DNA from: a virus
Strand: one strand, 5' to 3'
Virus record (IMG/VR): IMGVR_UViG_3300044615_000494
Length of the DNA stretch: 64,000 nt
This document shows, piece by piece, positions 37,527 to 46,636 of this stretch (positions within the stretch are counted from its first letter, which is position 1; every line of letters begins with the position of its first letter). The notes beneath the pieces are model-generated. The model made no database searches, was not told where the DNA came from, and worked only from the letters and a program-made list of their open reading frames with translations. A program made the translations under genes and the position numbers.

Positions 37527-37760
37527 TTATTCTCTAGGTTCAGGAGCCTCTCCTTTACCAAACAAATGCCCGTAATTGCCTAAAAACTCTGTAAGAGACT
37601 GCACAAGATTTCGTGGAATGCCTGGACCTTGTTGTACTAGATATCCTACAATAAAGTCTTCGTCACCGCGCCATTTGATATGCTTAACTTCAAGCCAGTC
37701 ACCATCAGCGAACATATATCGCTGACCTACTAAATCTTCGTAGCCGCTGAGTTTAGTCAT
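37527..37760 (-). CDS. Hypothetical protein
   Basis: ORF; start reassigned to MTKLSG. Confidence 0.7.
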   Translation of the reverse strand: MTKLSGYEDLVGQRYMFADGDWLEVKHIKWRGDEDFIVGYLVQQGPGIPRNLVQSLTEFLGNYGHLFGKGEAPEPRE

Positions 37761-38043
37761 CTTCGCCGGGAACCTCATAGGCTACGTCATAGCCACCCTT
37801 GCGATCACTGAACCAATCATCATCACGGTCGTAATCGTAGTTTTCGATGAACTCTAAGAAATTATCATGCTCTTCATCAGTAGGTTCTTCACCTTCTGGT
37901 TCGTTCCAATCATTGCTAGTCATATGGCTAGCGATCTCTTTGAAACGTTCTACTGAACCAAAGTTCTCAATGATATCTTCTTCAGGGATATCATAATTAA
38001 AATGACTATGTACTTGGTGATACTCAATTTTTACGAATTTCAT
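37753..38043 (-). CDS. Acidic hypothetical protein
   Basis: AAGGAG RBS; D/E-rich. Confidence 0.75.
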   Translation of the reverse strand: MKFVKIEYHQVHSHFNYDIPEEDIIENFGSVERFKEIASHMTSNDWNEPEGEEPTDEEHDNFLEFIENYDYDRDDDWFSDRKGGYDVAYEVPGEDD

Positions 38044-38054
38044 GGTTTTCTCCT

Positions 38055-38255
38055 TTACCAACTATCTGAATGTGTGACGTTAACGCGAACAGTTACCGGT
38101 GTACTATTTAATACAAAATCAAACTCCATAGATAAAGTAGATCCGATATCGCTCTCATTATCATAAATCAATTTTATAACACCGTCTACTTCATTCTCTC
38201 TTACGACATTAACTATAAAGTCTAATTCTTGTTTGGTTATATAAATTTCATTCAT
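38055..38255 (-). CDS. Hypothetical protein
   Basis: ORF with ATGA coupling. Confidence 0.65.
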   Translation of the reverse strand: MNEIYITKQELDFIVNVVRENEVDGVIKLIYDNESDIGSTLSMEFDFVLNSTPVTVRVNVTHSDSW

Positions 38256-38485
38256 TCTTCAACTCCGAAATGTTCTTTAATATCTTTAAGATGTTTCATG
38301 GAACGCAAATACTTTTCAGTATTGTGGCCATCACGGGTAATACCCATCTGAATAGTTAGAATACATTCTTTCACAATCAACTGGGCAAACTTTTCTTTGT
38401 CAAAGATCCATCCCTCGCCACTGTTTGCTGTTGGCTCAATATAGGTAGTAGCCTGTACGGCAAGTAGTTTAATTCGTTCGTTCAT
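38252..38485 (-). CDS. MNER-family small protein, paralog 1
   Basis: MNERI...EKFAQLIVKEC...IKEHFGVE. Confidence 0.8.
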   Translation of the reverse strand: MNERIKLLAVQATTYIEPTANSGEGWIFDKEKFAQLIVKECILTIQMGITRDGHNTEKYLRSMKHLKDIKEHFGVEE

Positions 38486-38697
38486 AGTTCAACGCCGAAA
38501 TGTTGTTTAATCTGTTCACTGATCATCCGGCCTGTCCAAGCAGGATGATCCTCACAAGTCTGCAACATTTCCCGAACAATCAACTCGGCGAACTTTTCAG
38601 TATCAAAACGATCTACCATGTAACTGTTAAACGCAGTAGTACCTCGTTGTTCACGGACAATGCATTGTGATTTTAATAATGCGATACGTTCATTCAT
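38482..38697 (-). CDS. MNER-family small protein, paralog 2
   Basis: MNERI...EKFAELIVREM...IKQHFGVE; start reassigned. Confidence 0.8.
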   Translation of the reverse strand: MNERIALLKSQCIVREQRGTTAFNSYMVDRFDTEKFAELIVREMLQTCEDHPAWTGRMISEQIKQHFGVEL

Positions 38698-38861
38698 CAA
38701 AAGTGTTTCCCAAAAAGACAATACACAGCAAATCGTTTCCAAGTCTTAGGTTGTGTATTACGTGTAGCAACTTGCATAGGATTCTGTCGCCATGTCATGC
38801 CATCAGGTCCCCACTGCCAGTGATATGTACCGAATCTGATATTGAACCATAAGTTACTCAT
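38697..38861 (-). CDS. Small Trp-rich protein (54 aa; not in ORF track)
   Basis: MSNLWFNIRFGTYHWQW...; overlaps both neighbours by 1-4 nt. Confidence 0.6.
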   Translation of the reverse strand: MSNLWFNIRFGTYHWQWGPDGMTWRQNPMQVATRNTQPKTWKRFAVYCLFGKHF

Positions 38862-39085
38862 GATTTGAGTCCAAAATGTTCCCTTATAGCCTTGACGCTA
38901 TTATTGATGGTATGCGATACCATACCTTGATCAAAGGTCGTATAAATGTGGTTAGTATTTGTCTTAGACTCTACTGCTAGAATCGCTTCCTGTATGATCA
39001 AATCAGCAAACTCTTCAAGACGCACATGGCTTACACAATGTTCTACTTGCGCTTTTACAGCAATCTCTTTAAGTCGTTCGTTCAT
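38858..39085 (-). CDS. MNER-family small protein, paralog 3
   Basis: MNERL...EEFADLIIQEA...IREHFGL. Confidence 0.8.
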   Translation of the reverse strand: MNERLKEIAVKAQVEHCVSHVRLEEFADLIIQEAILAVESKTNTNHIYTTFDQGMVSHTINNSVKAIREHFGLKS

Positions 39086-39207
39086 TCTTTTGGTTCCTTA
39101 ATATAATCTTTTAATTTGAATTCTGTGAAATTAACAATCAATAAAAGAATATACAGGGCGAAAGGAAACAACATTCCAACCATCAATAATAATATGTCAT
39201 ATATCAC
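39082..39207 (-). CDS. Small membrane protein (41 aa; not in ORF track)
   Basis: GTG start with AAGGA RBS; hydrophobic; ATGA coupling. Confidence 0.55.
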   Translation of the reverse strand: MIYDILLLMVGMLFPFALYILLLIVNFTEFKLKDYIKEPKE

Positions 39208-39216
39208 ATTGATCCT

Positions 39217-40554
39217 TTATTTGTCATCACGGAATCTCACAAAGCGGGGAAATCGCAAACTATAAGTTCCGTCTTGATTTTGTGTAATCACATCACACAA
39301 GATTTCAACTGTGCGACCAATAACCAAACTACGGTTACCCCAAAGGCTATCTCTATCACCATCAGTAAAGCCACTACCAACATTGACAGTAATAGTTTTC
39401 CCGTCGTCAACTCCGGAGCAAACAAGAGCCCCAAGTCGTCCCACATTTCTACCAGTACCTTCTTCAAGATCAATTACCTCCAAGTCAACTGTGATAGTAG
39501 GCTTCCACTTCATCCAGAAAGTGTTGCGCTTGCACTCATAAGGACTATTGATGTCCTTGATCATGATGCCTTCGAACCCTGCGTTAACGTTATCCTTAGC
39601 ATAACGCATCAACTGATCACGACCTTCGCCTGTATCAAGATCAACCATGATGTGCGGCAACAACTCTACGTTAGGCATAGTATCAATGACAGGACGCAAC
39701 TTCTCAAGCAATTTTACACGCTTATGCAACTGTGCGTTCCAGTATCCACGCTCCCAGTCATCGATAGGAATGATATCAAAGATATTGAACACGCTATCAT
39801 CAGCCTTGGCGTTGTCTTTGCGCCGTGCTTGTCGCATCAATTCTTGGAAACTGTTACCGATAACTTCACCGTCAAGCCAGAAGCCATTGAATAGGCTACG
39901 ATCACCTGAGGCACGGACTAATTTGAGATGATTATTTTGAATTTGTTGTTCGATAATACTGAAGTTCTCAAAGATTTTACCATTGCGGCTATAGCAAGTA
40001 GTGACACATTCTCCTTGATCATTATGAACGACACGCATCAGTACACGCACACCGTCAAGTTTAGGCTCAAGACGCTTGAGTCCCTTCATCTCAGGACGAC
40101 CCTCGCTATTCGTTGCCAACTGACAACCAAAGATAGGAATCTCGTACTCTGACTTCTTGACAACCTTGTTGAAAGTCTTATCGCTGATACCGCAACGCAA
40201 ATCCTTGCGAATCACATTACGGCAGAAGTTATTCCATTCGTCAGTATCGAAACGCTTGCTCATCATATCTACGGCATCACGGGCACTATTGCCTGTGATA
40301 TCACGGTTGCGCAATTTCAATAGCAAGTCTGTGAATTCTTCCCAAGGATTTTCCTGATTGATCAGACCTTCAGTCTCTGGCACCTGGCGCAAGTGGAAAT
40401 TGTCATAAGGATTATAAGCACTTTGCACATAACGCAAGAATCGAATGCTACTCTCGTTACCAAGCACAGCCATCTCATATGCCTGCTTGAGTACGTCTTC
40501 CTTGTGTAGACGGCTATCGCTCTCGTTTAGTTTGTGAATCCAGTATGCGCTCAT
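39217..40554 (-). CDS. lig: ATP-dependent DNA ligase
   Basis: EPKLDGVR (motif I), SRNGK, LDGE, FDI, EGIMIK, W.KWK and LRFPRF. Confidence 0.96.
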   Translation of the reverse strand: MSAYWIHKLNESDSRLHKEDVLKQAYEMAVLGNESSIRFLRYVQSAYNPYDNFHLRQVPETEGLINQENPWEEFTDLLLKLRNRDITGNSARDAVDMMSKRFDTDEWNNFCRNVIRKDLRCGISDKTFNKVVKKSEYEIPIFGCQLATNSEGRPEMKGLKRLEPKLDGVRVLMRVVHNDQGECVTTCYSRNGKIFENFSIIEQQIQNNHLKLVRASGDRSLFNGFWLDGEVIGNSFQELMRQARRKDNAKADDSVFNIFDIIPIDDWERGYWNAQLHKRVKLLEKLRPVIDTMPNVELLPHIMVDLDTGEGRDQLMRYAKDNVNAGFEGIMIKDINSPYECKRNTFWMKWKPTITVDLEVIDLEEGTGRNVGRLGALVCSGVDDGKTITVNVGSGFTDGDRDSLWGNRSLVIGRTVEILCDVITQNQDGTYSLRFPRFVRFRDDK

Positions 40555-40561
40555 GTATTTC

Positions 40562-41068
40562 TCACTTAAAGGGCCATGCACTATTTGGGTCTAGTTTGGG
40601 CCGGGGTTCTAATTTGATATCTTCTTCAATGACTTCATTATACTCGTCCCCGTCAACAATATCAACCTTGAACGGACCCGCAATCTCAATATAGTCTTCC
40701 TCTACCACCCAATCACTAAAATCATAAAGCCAGGCTGCTCCCGATCTTTCAAATTCATCATCCGGATCTCCGTTACACCATAACTTTCCAATTTCTTCTT
40801 TTTCTTCTTCGGTAAAGTCATCATCAAATTCAAAATCAAGGCTAATCAAGTCGTCTAACTCTGATCCCCAACCTATACCTGGATCACAGATAATCCAGTT
40901 ATCTTCAAGATAAACAGGTTCGTCAAGTTCGCGGAATCCCTGTCCCCAACGATATAGTTCACGTACTACGAAACCTCGGGTGTTACCCTCACTATCAGTT
41001 TTGTAAACATCATACACGGCATAGATAGATTTCTTATCTGTGGGCATGATGCGATATAATTTAGCCAT
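40562..41068 (-). CDS. Acidic hypothetical protein
   Basis: ORF; C-terminal AWPF. Confidence 0.75.
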   Translation of the reverse strand: MAKLYRIMPTDKKSIYAVYDVYKTDSEGNTRGFVVRELYRWGQGFRELDEPVYLEDNWIICDPGIGWGSELDDLISLDFEFDDDFTEEEKEEIGKLWCNGDPDDEFERSGAAWLYDFSDWVVEEDYIEIAGPFKVDIVDGDEYNEVIEEDIKLEPRPKLDPNSAWPFK

Positions 41069-41069
41069 A

Positions 41070-41282
41070 TTAATCTTTCTTATTAATTGCGTTGGTCACA
41101 CTACCAAACGTCACCATAGTTAACCAAGCCATAGCCAACCATGTCCAAAAAGTATAATCGATACCTAGATTGAACAATGTGTTTAGTGACCAAATCGTTA
41201 CCAGTGGGGCAAATATTAAAAGTGCTATAATTAGCAAAATTAAAACAGTGAAAGTTATAGGTGTGAGATTTAATTTACGCAT
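41070..41282 (-). CDS. Two-TM membrane protein
   Basis: Hydrophobic P...IWSLNTLF...I.YTFWTWLA pattern. Confidence 0.7.
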   Translation of the reverse strand: MRKLNLTPITFTVLILLIIALLIFAPLVTIWSLNTLFNLGIDYTFWTWLAMAWLTMVTFGSVTNAINKKD

Positions 41283-41297
41283 GATACTATTATACAC

Positions 41298-41657
41298 TTA
41301 CCAACTAGAATTGTAAAATACTTTACGACCCAAAAACAGTTCTGCTTTTGCGTTAACGCAAAATTCTAGGTCATGATCACGATAGTGTTCATCGCTAGGA
41401 TTACCGAAAAAGAATCCAGTTGTACCTAGTTTGGACACTTGACCTGACTTGATATCTTGCTCAAGTTTATGAACATCGTCCCATGTCAGTTCTACTTCAA
41501 CACCGTTGAATGTGTCGCACACTCCACCCTTCTCAGCAAAGAGTTTTTCCATCCAGCCTTGCAAGTTGGGATGCTTGCGCCAGTAACTGATCTCTTGATG
41601 GTTGTTCCAATCCTCGCCTGCCTTGCTAGCGACATATGCGTATGCATCAAGTCCCAT
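41298..41657 (-). CDS. Conserved hypothetical phage protein
   Basis: MGLD.Y...YWRKH..L.GWM...GFFFG...FY.SSW. Confidence 0.8.
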   Translation of the reverse strand: MGLDAYAYVASKAGEDWNNHQEISYWRKHPNLQGWMEKLFAEKGGVCDTFNGVEVELTWDDVHKLEQDIKSGQVSKLGTTGFFFGNPSDEHYRDHDLEFCVNAKAELFLGRKVFYNSSW

Positions 41658-41856
41658 TTTTAATCCTCTCTAAGATAGGTTGCACTAAATCTACCGAATC
41701 CACATTATCATAATATGCGGCTAACATCATGTTGTAAACTACTACCGCATCTTTACCATATGTGCCTATGATTTCTTTTACTTCACTAGTATTCTTGGCT
41801 TTCCACAACAAATCAGCGATATGATGTTGTACCTTGTTTGCTAATTGCAATTCCAT
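41647..41856 (-). CDS. Hypothetical protein
   Basis: ORF with AAGGA RBS. Confidence 0.65.
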   Translation of the reverse strand: MELQLANKVQHHIADLLWKAKNTSEVKEIIGTYGKDAVVVYNMMLAAYYDNVDSVDLVQPILERIKNGT

Positions 41857-41865
41857 GATATTCCT

Positions 41866-41976
41866 TTATACAAAAGATTTTACAGTATCTACGAACTTTT
41901 GTAAAGACTCAGCGATACGATACATCCCAATTTCACCGATGATGATACCCACAATCACGCCTATAAAAAATCTCAT
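41866..41976 (-). CDS. Micro membrane protein (36 aa; not in ORF track)
   Basis: MRFFIGVIVGIIIGEIG...; ATGA coupling. Confidence 0.6.
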   Translation of the reverse strand: MRFFIGVIVGIIIGEIGMYRIAESLQKFVDTVKSFV

Positions 41977-42632
41977 ATGACCTGCACCCTATTCAATTGT
42001 GTTTGGTTATTGTCCTGACGTTTCACTGTACCCTTGATAGATAACTTACTACCATAGTTTAGATCCTGCTTGTAACTGAAAAAGATCGATTGATCCTTAT
42101 CGGTGATAGCAGTCACAAAGTACACGCCCCACTTCTGACTATAGATGCACTTCAAGACCTCGATGTTGGCTGTGACACGATCCAACACTTTACCTAGATA
42201 TCCGCCTTGTGCAAACTTAGCACGATTCTCACCTAAGTCACGTTGCACGCCTTTAAGATATGACGCAGGGAGACTGCTGGCTACTGCTATTTCATAGTTA
42301 CCAACTATCTCTTCTTTCTCGACCAACTTCATAGCATTGCGGTCGAACTCACTCATATAACCACCGCCAAGAATCTTGAACGTCTTACCTTGATACCAGG
42401 CTTTGAGGCTAGCAGCCATGTCGTTGTCTTCTTTAGTGATAGTGCTAGGATCGGCAATGAATTCCATGACCAACTGACGATTAGACTTGCGAGGATCCCC
42501 TTTGGTATCCTGTGTATTACCAATCTCGTATGCCACCTTGACATACATACCATTGACACGTTGCGCGGCACATGCCGCCGACAACACAAGCATAGTAGGA
42601 TACATTGCCTCAACCTTTTTAACTTTAGGCAT
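41973..42632 (-). CDS. Hypothetical protein with OB-fold-like C-terminus
   Basis: I.GTVK.......TQLNRV tail. Confidence 0.7.
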   Translation of the reverse strand: MPKVKKVEAMYPTMLVLSAACAAQRVNGMYVKVAYEIGNTQDTKGDPRKSNRQLVMEFIADPSTITKEDNDMAASLKAWYQGKTFKILGGGYMSEFDRNAMKLVEKEEIVGNYEIAVASSLPASYLKGVQRDLGENRAKFAQGGYLGKVLDRVTANIEVLKCIYSQKWGVYFVTAITDKDQSIFFSYKQDLNYGSKLSIKGTVKRQDNNQTQLNRVQVI

Positions 42633-43101
42633 TTTCTTCTTCTGCTTCTTTAGCAAAAGCCTCAGTCAACAAAATGTAGTCATCACCATGATCGGACACA
42701 TACCAATTACCATCAGTACGCAGTATGTAATCATATTCCTCGGCTTGACCATTAGCCTTGAAATCTGCAAAGTCCTTGAAGTAACGTGCATAGACATTGT
42801 GTTCGCTACGGTCACGACCATAGAAGGTAGTCATGTTGCCGTACAATTCCTCAAACTTACCATCCTTGCTCATTGGGCTGTCAGAGGGTAAGTCCAACAC
42901 GCTAAAGGGATGCTTGGTTCCGATTGTAGGACGCAAACTTGAGACATCACCTAAGTCAATCAGGTCACGCAAGATGAAGGGATTTGAATAATTCTCAAAC
43001 AGGATCTTACCGTTGTGAGACAAGTAACCGTCCCAGTGACAATACACTTGACCAATAGTACCATCTGCAAATTCAAGAGAGATTGTAGAACGTGTAGCCA
43101 T
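42625..43101 (-). CDS. Conserved hypothetical phage protein
   Basis: MATRS.I...VYCHWDGY...G..L...Y and EEYDY motifs; cassette leader. Confidence 0.8.
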   Translation of the reverse strand: MATRSTISLEFADGTIGQVYCHWDGYLSHNGKILFENYSNPFILRDLIDLGDVSSLRPTIGTKHPFSVLDLPSDSPMSKDGKFEELYGNMTTFYGRDRSEHNVYARYFKDFADFKANGQAEEYDYILRTDGNWYVSDHGDDYILLTEAFAKEAEEENA

Positions 43102-43135
43102 TTCGTGAGTCCTTTAATTAACTGTTTAAGATTCT

Positions 43136-43166
43136 ATTATATACCCAAACCGATTTATTGTCAACC
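43136..43166 (-). promoter_or_regulatory. Cassette sigma70 promoter
   Basis: GGTTGACA-17 nt-TATAAT; leader TATAATAGAATCTTA..AAAGGACTCAC shared with the 43433 cassette. Confidence 0.8.
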
Positions 43167-43168
43167 TT

Positions 43169-43399
43169 TTAGCCTACTTCAGCACCACAGAAAACTACTT
43201 CATATACTGCTTCCCGTACAGCGGTATCCATTGCTTCACCAAACTTGGGGTAGTCAGAATCGGCCAATGCCCGCAAAGCACTCTCGGTTTGGTCCCAAGT
43301 CAGTTTCAAAGTTTTAGCAGTAATCGCAATACCGTGAACTGCCAAGTTACCTTCGGTACTGAACATTTCGTAAGAGATATCGTATGTCAATGTAGCCAT
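43169..43399 (-). CDS. Hypothetical protein
   Basis: YGMFS.EG-like MFSTEGN and DTAVRE motifs; cassette leader. Confidence 0.75.
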   Translation of the reverse strand: MATLTYDISYEMFSTEGNLAVHGIAITAKTLKLTWDQTESALRALADSDYPKFGEAMDTAVREAVYEVVFCGAEVG

Positions 43400-43432
43400 T
43401 TGTGAGTCCTTTTCTTTACTGTCTAAGATTCT

Positions 43433-43515
43433 ATTATATGCCCAAACTGACCCAAAGTCAAGCCTTTTATGCCATTATTTTTAGGATATTTTGTTGTTTA
43501 AAAACAACAACTTAC
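43433..43515 (-). promoter_or_regulatory. Cassette: 9-bp inverted repeat plus sigma70 promoter with near-palindrome
   Basis: Near-identical to 25309-25367; GGCTTGACT-17 nt-TATAAT. Confidence 0.85.
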
Positions 43516-43712
43516 GCTTCCTTAGGGTTCACGGTAAATTCCAGTCTGGCCAGTCTACCTACGTAGAGTTTCCGTTTCTCATCTAGGGTCATTTCCAGTA
43601 CCTGATTGGTCGGAAAACGCACCCAAATCTTGTTGGTTTCCATGTCAACTATGGGGCAATTCACTCCCTTGCCCCCTTCGCTACGGACAGTAATGTTCTC
43701 ACCCTTACGCAT
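43512..43712 (-). CDS. Hypothetical protein
   Basis: ORF; start reassigned to MRKGE with AAGGA RBS. Confidence 0.65.
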   Translation of the reverse strand: MRKGENITVRSEGGKGVNCPIVDMETNKIWVRFPTNQVLEMTLDEKRKLYVGRLARLEFTVNPKEA

Positions 43713-43887
43713 GTTCCTTTTCCTTTTTTCCGGCAATAGTCAACAATGCGGCAATGCTAGCCTCGAGGTCACCGGTCATTGTGTAAAGATCCTCGCTACT
43801 AAGGTTTTCGTTTTCTAGTGCGATCATGTAACCAAGAGTACTAAGAACATCGCTAACCTGAGTCAGAGTAAGATTTTTATTAGCCAT
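43705..43887 (-). CDS. Hypothetical protein
   Basis: AAGGAG RBS. Confidence 0.65.
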   Translation of the reverse strand: MANKNLTLTQVSDVLSTLGYMIALENENLSSEDLYTMTGDLEASIAALLTIAGKKEKEHA

Positions 43888-43899
43888 TTTGTGTCTCCT

Positions 43900-44673
43900 T
43901 TATTTAAGTTCAATACTAGCAACTTTCAATCTAGCAAAAATGTCATCACCAAACTTCCATCCTTCGGGCATACTTGTCTGCATGTCCAATTCATTATCAA
44001 GTTTAACAGCCTCTTCGTTAGTAATCAAGACAATAGCCAAATTGTTTTTAATCATTTGGGCAATCTCAGTAACAGGACATTTTTCCATAGTCATCGTTAC
44101 CGCTTGATTATAAATCATGATACAAGGAACGATATGCTCACGATAAGTATTTTCCTTAGTACGGTTTACACTCTCGCCGATAGTGATAAGATGGTCAATG
44201 CTATCACTCTCAAGTAATGACCTCGCATTCTCTAGACCAAATCCATCTTCGTTGTCAATCAAAAATCTAAAACGTTTGGCAATCTTTTCAAAGATGTTAC
44301 GCTCACTAACCTCACGTGGTATAGGCTTGATTGCCTGTCCACGAACCTTTCTTACGATTGTTTCAATAGATTCGATGATACTAACAAGTATCCAAAAATT
44401 TTCAAGGATATCACCGTCAAAATTGATAGTGATACATTTCTCATTATCCTTTCGTGCCTTTTCAGAAAATCCCTGCTCCAGCATACGCTTTCGCATTTCG
44501 GCAATATCTTCTGATCGTGCTAACCAACCAAAGGTATAATGCTTCTTCTTGATTTCACATTTGACACCGTTGTTGGTATAGAGTACGCAATTATTTTGCT
44601 CCTCGTATACACGTTCAGTGTAGCCACGCTCCTCACATGAGGACTTGAATATATTGAAACTAATAGCAGCCAT
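43900..44673 (-). CDS. Hypothetical protein, possible His-Me finger nuclease
   Basis: REHIVP motif followed by ITNEEA..LD. Confidence 0.55.
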   Translation of the reverse strand: MAAISFNIFKSSCEERGYTERVYEEQNNCVLYTNNGVKCEIKKKHYTFGWLARSEDIAEMRKRMLEQGFSEKARKDNEKCITINFDGDILENFWILVSIIESIETIVRKVRGQAIKPIPREVSERNIFEKIAKRFRFLIDNEDGFGLENARSLLESDSIDHLITIGESVNRTKENTYREHIVPCIMIYNQAVTMTMEKCPVTEIAQMIKNNLAIVLITNEEAVKLDNELDMQTSMPEGWKFGDDIFARLKVASIELK

Positions 44674-44677
44674 TATA

Positions 44678-44947
44678 TTAGTTCATGAGGTAAGTGCTGA
44701 TGATCCACTTAGCACGATTGATCGCCTGACGGCCGTCTTCGGCTCGCATACTATCAACTTCACCGTATTCGGTGTTGATCATTTCCTGCGCATCGCTGAG
44801 GATGCTCATTGCCATCATAGCAGGGCCACTGAAACGAAACGTGAGACTGTCCTCGACCGCTTCACGCATCTGGGTCTCAGTGCAACCAAACATGCGAACT
44901 TGGCGTTTTTCTTGCTCGGTCAAACCACTGTAAATTGCTGTTGTCAT
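44678..44947 (-). CDS. Hypothetical protein
   Basis: Cassette leader with GGAG; MSILSDAQE...INRAKW motif. Confidence 0.75.
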   Translation of the reverse strand: MTTAIYSGLTEQEKRQVRMFGCTETQMREAVEDSLTFRFSGPAMMAMSILSDAQEMINTEYGEVDSMRAEDGRQAINRAKWIISTYLMN

Positions 44948-44976
44948 CTCTATCTCCGTTCGTTCAGTATGTATAT

Positions 44977-45058
44977 ATTATGAACCCAATTAGCCCAAAT
45001 GTCAAGCCTTTTTTGTTGTTTTTTTGCTACAAAAAACCTATATAAATCAACGACTTAC
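44977..45058 (-). promoter_or_regulatory. Cassette sigma70 promoter with upstream GTAAGTCGTTGATTT motif
   Basis: GGCTTGACA-17 nt-CATAAT. Confidence 0.75.
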
Positions 45059-45070
45059 AAGAGCGGGATT

Positions 45071-46636
45071 TTACTGTACGGTTTTCACACCCTTGTAAAA
45101 CTTGATAGCACCTTTTAACGACTTGTTATTCAACACGTTGTCCGGATACACAATGATATCCATGATGCCGTCACCATCAAAGTCTGCCATTTCGGACATA
45201 TGCTTATCAACATCATGCAATACAAACTTAGACAGATCGCCGATATCTAACTTTTTGAAAGTAGAGTCTTTCTGGTTGATATAGATACGACTGATCTCAT
45301 TAGTCTTTCCTGGACCCACACTCATGACAAGATCATCATAACCATCTTTGTTGACATCGATGCATTGCAGTCTGCCACCAGTGAGATTAGTTTCCCCGGG
45401 TATGTTTAGAGCAGTTCTAATAAGTTCCTTACCTTTGATCGTGTATGCAGTTAGTTCGACATCAAAATTAAGATTTTCAAACTTTAATTCCGTACCGGAA
45501 GCATATAACGTTTTTAATGTGGGCATGTATGTGACACCTACAGAGAAGGGCTCACTATTACCCATTCTAACCGTGCAAAGATTTTCAACTCCGCCCATAG
45601 TACCGGCAAGTACATGCTTACCTTTATACTCATAGACATCAACTGGTTTTCTATCTCCGGCGTAATTGATTATAGATTGACCAGACGCTATTAATTTCAT
45701 CTCAGGGTTCACATGATTAGTAGGGAACCATGAACCATTCTCCATATAGTAACCTTCTACACCATAATGTCCTCGAAAGAATGTTTGCTGTACCATCCTG
45801 TTCGATGATTTGTTATCAGTAGAATAGAAATTAAAAGTCACAGGACTGATGCCGGGAAGTATACCATCGTGTACAGTATGTAAACTCACTCCATTCCACA
45901 TATATTTGTGATTCTGTCTATAGACTCCTAGATCGCTGGGGAAGCCGGCAGCGGTGACGAATTGTTTTCCATAATAGTCAACACCGTGACCTATGCTACC
46001 ATAGTACTTACCTTCACCAGTCCTGTGCATCTTATACTTTTTGTTAGGTTGACTTACGTAAGCCACTACATAACCTGTGACTAACGAACCAGCATCGTTG
46101 CTCCTACCATCAGACTGATTAGTAGAGTAAAAGATATCTTTTAATCCGTCACCGTTGATATCAAGTATAGAATAAATGAATCCAGAACACGATTGGCTAT
46201 CTCTGGTTCCCTCGATATACTTTTCGCTAGCGTCAACAAACTTGCCTTCACTATTCAATTCATAGATAACTGTCAAACTTTTGCAGGGCTCTGCTACATA
46301 ACTACGCCATAATAGATCAGAACCTTTGCCCTTGTGAAAGGTCATGAGAAATTCAAGTTTACCGTCATTGTTGAGATCGACTGCTATGCTACCTGCCACC
46401 TTAGCGGGATAATTTTTACCCGAAAGATCAAGCGGCGCGCTAGCGTGTGCAGGATCAAAAAACCAGTACGTCAATGTAGGATCGGGGAAAGCACCTGCTA
46501 CTTCTTGAAAGTAGTCTTTGGATACTACTGCGGCCTGAGTGACCGGGGCATTATTAGTAGTCGGGGCAGGATTACTTCCACCGCCACCGCATGCAGTAAG
46601 AATGATACTGCTAACAACATAAGCAACCTTGCGCAT
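45071..46636 (-). CDS. Lipoprotein with FG-GAP/VCBS (beta-propeller) repeats
   Basis: Lipobox LTAC; DLNNDGKLE, DINGDGLKDI, DVNKDGYDDL and DFDGDGIMDI repeats. Confidence 0.85.
   Translation of the reverse strand: MRKVAYVVSSIILTACGGGGSNPAPTTNNAPVTQAAVVSKDYFQEVAGAFPDPTLTYWFFDPAHASAPLDLSGKNYPAKVAGSIAVDLNNDGKLEFLMTFHKGKGSDLLWRSYVAEPCKSLTVIYELNSEGKFVDASEKYIEGTRDSQSCSGFIYSILDINGDGLKDIFYSTNQSDGRSNDAGSLVTGYVVAYVSQPNKKYKMHRTGEGKYYGSIGHGVDYYGKQFVTAAGFPSDLGVYRQNHKYMWNGVSLHTVHDGILPGISPVTFNFYSTDNKSSNRMVQQTFFRGHYGVEGYYMENGSWFPTNHVNPEMKLIASGQSIINYAGDRKPVDVYEYKGKHVLAGTMGGVENLCTVRMGNSEPFSVGVTYMPTLKTLYASGTELKFENLNFDVELTAYTIKGKELIRTALNIPGETNLTGGRLQCIDVNKDGYDDLVMSVGPGKTNEISRIYINQKDSTFKKLDIGDLSKFVLHDVDKHMSEMADFDGDGIMDIIVYPDNVLNNKSLKGAIKFYKGVKTVQ

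Noticed and set aside
39274-39931. Long plus-strand ORFs opposite the ligase, and similar antisense ORFs elsewhere
   Set aside because: Codon-bias shadows of well-supported minus-strand genes
39217-40554. Inteins or introns in ligase, ClpX or Rnh
   Set aside because: Lengths and motif spacing are normal; no splice-junction motifs were seen
23797-45058. CRISPR array or tRNA genes among the intergenic repeats
   Set aside because: Repeats are dispersed promoters without regular spacers; no cloverleaf or T-loop motif was seen by eye (tRNAscan not run)
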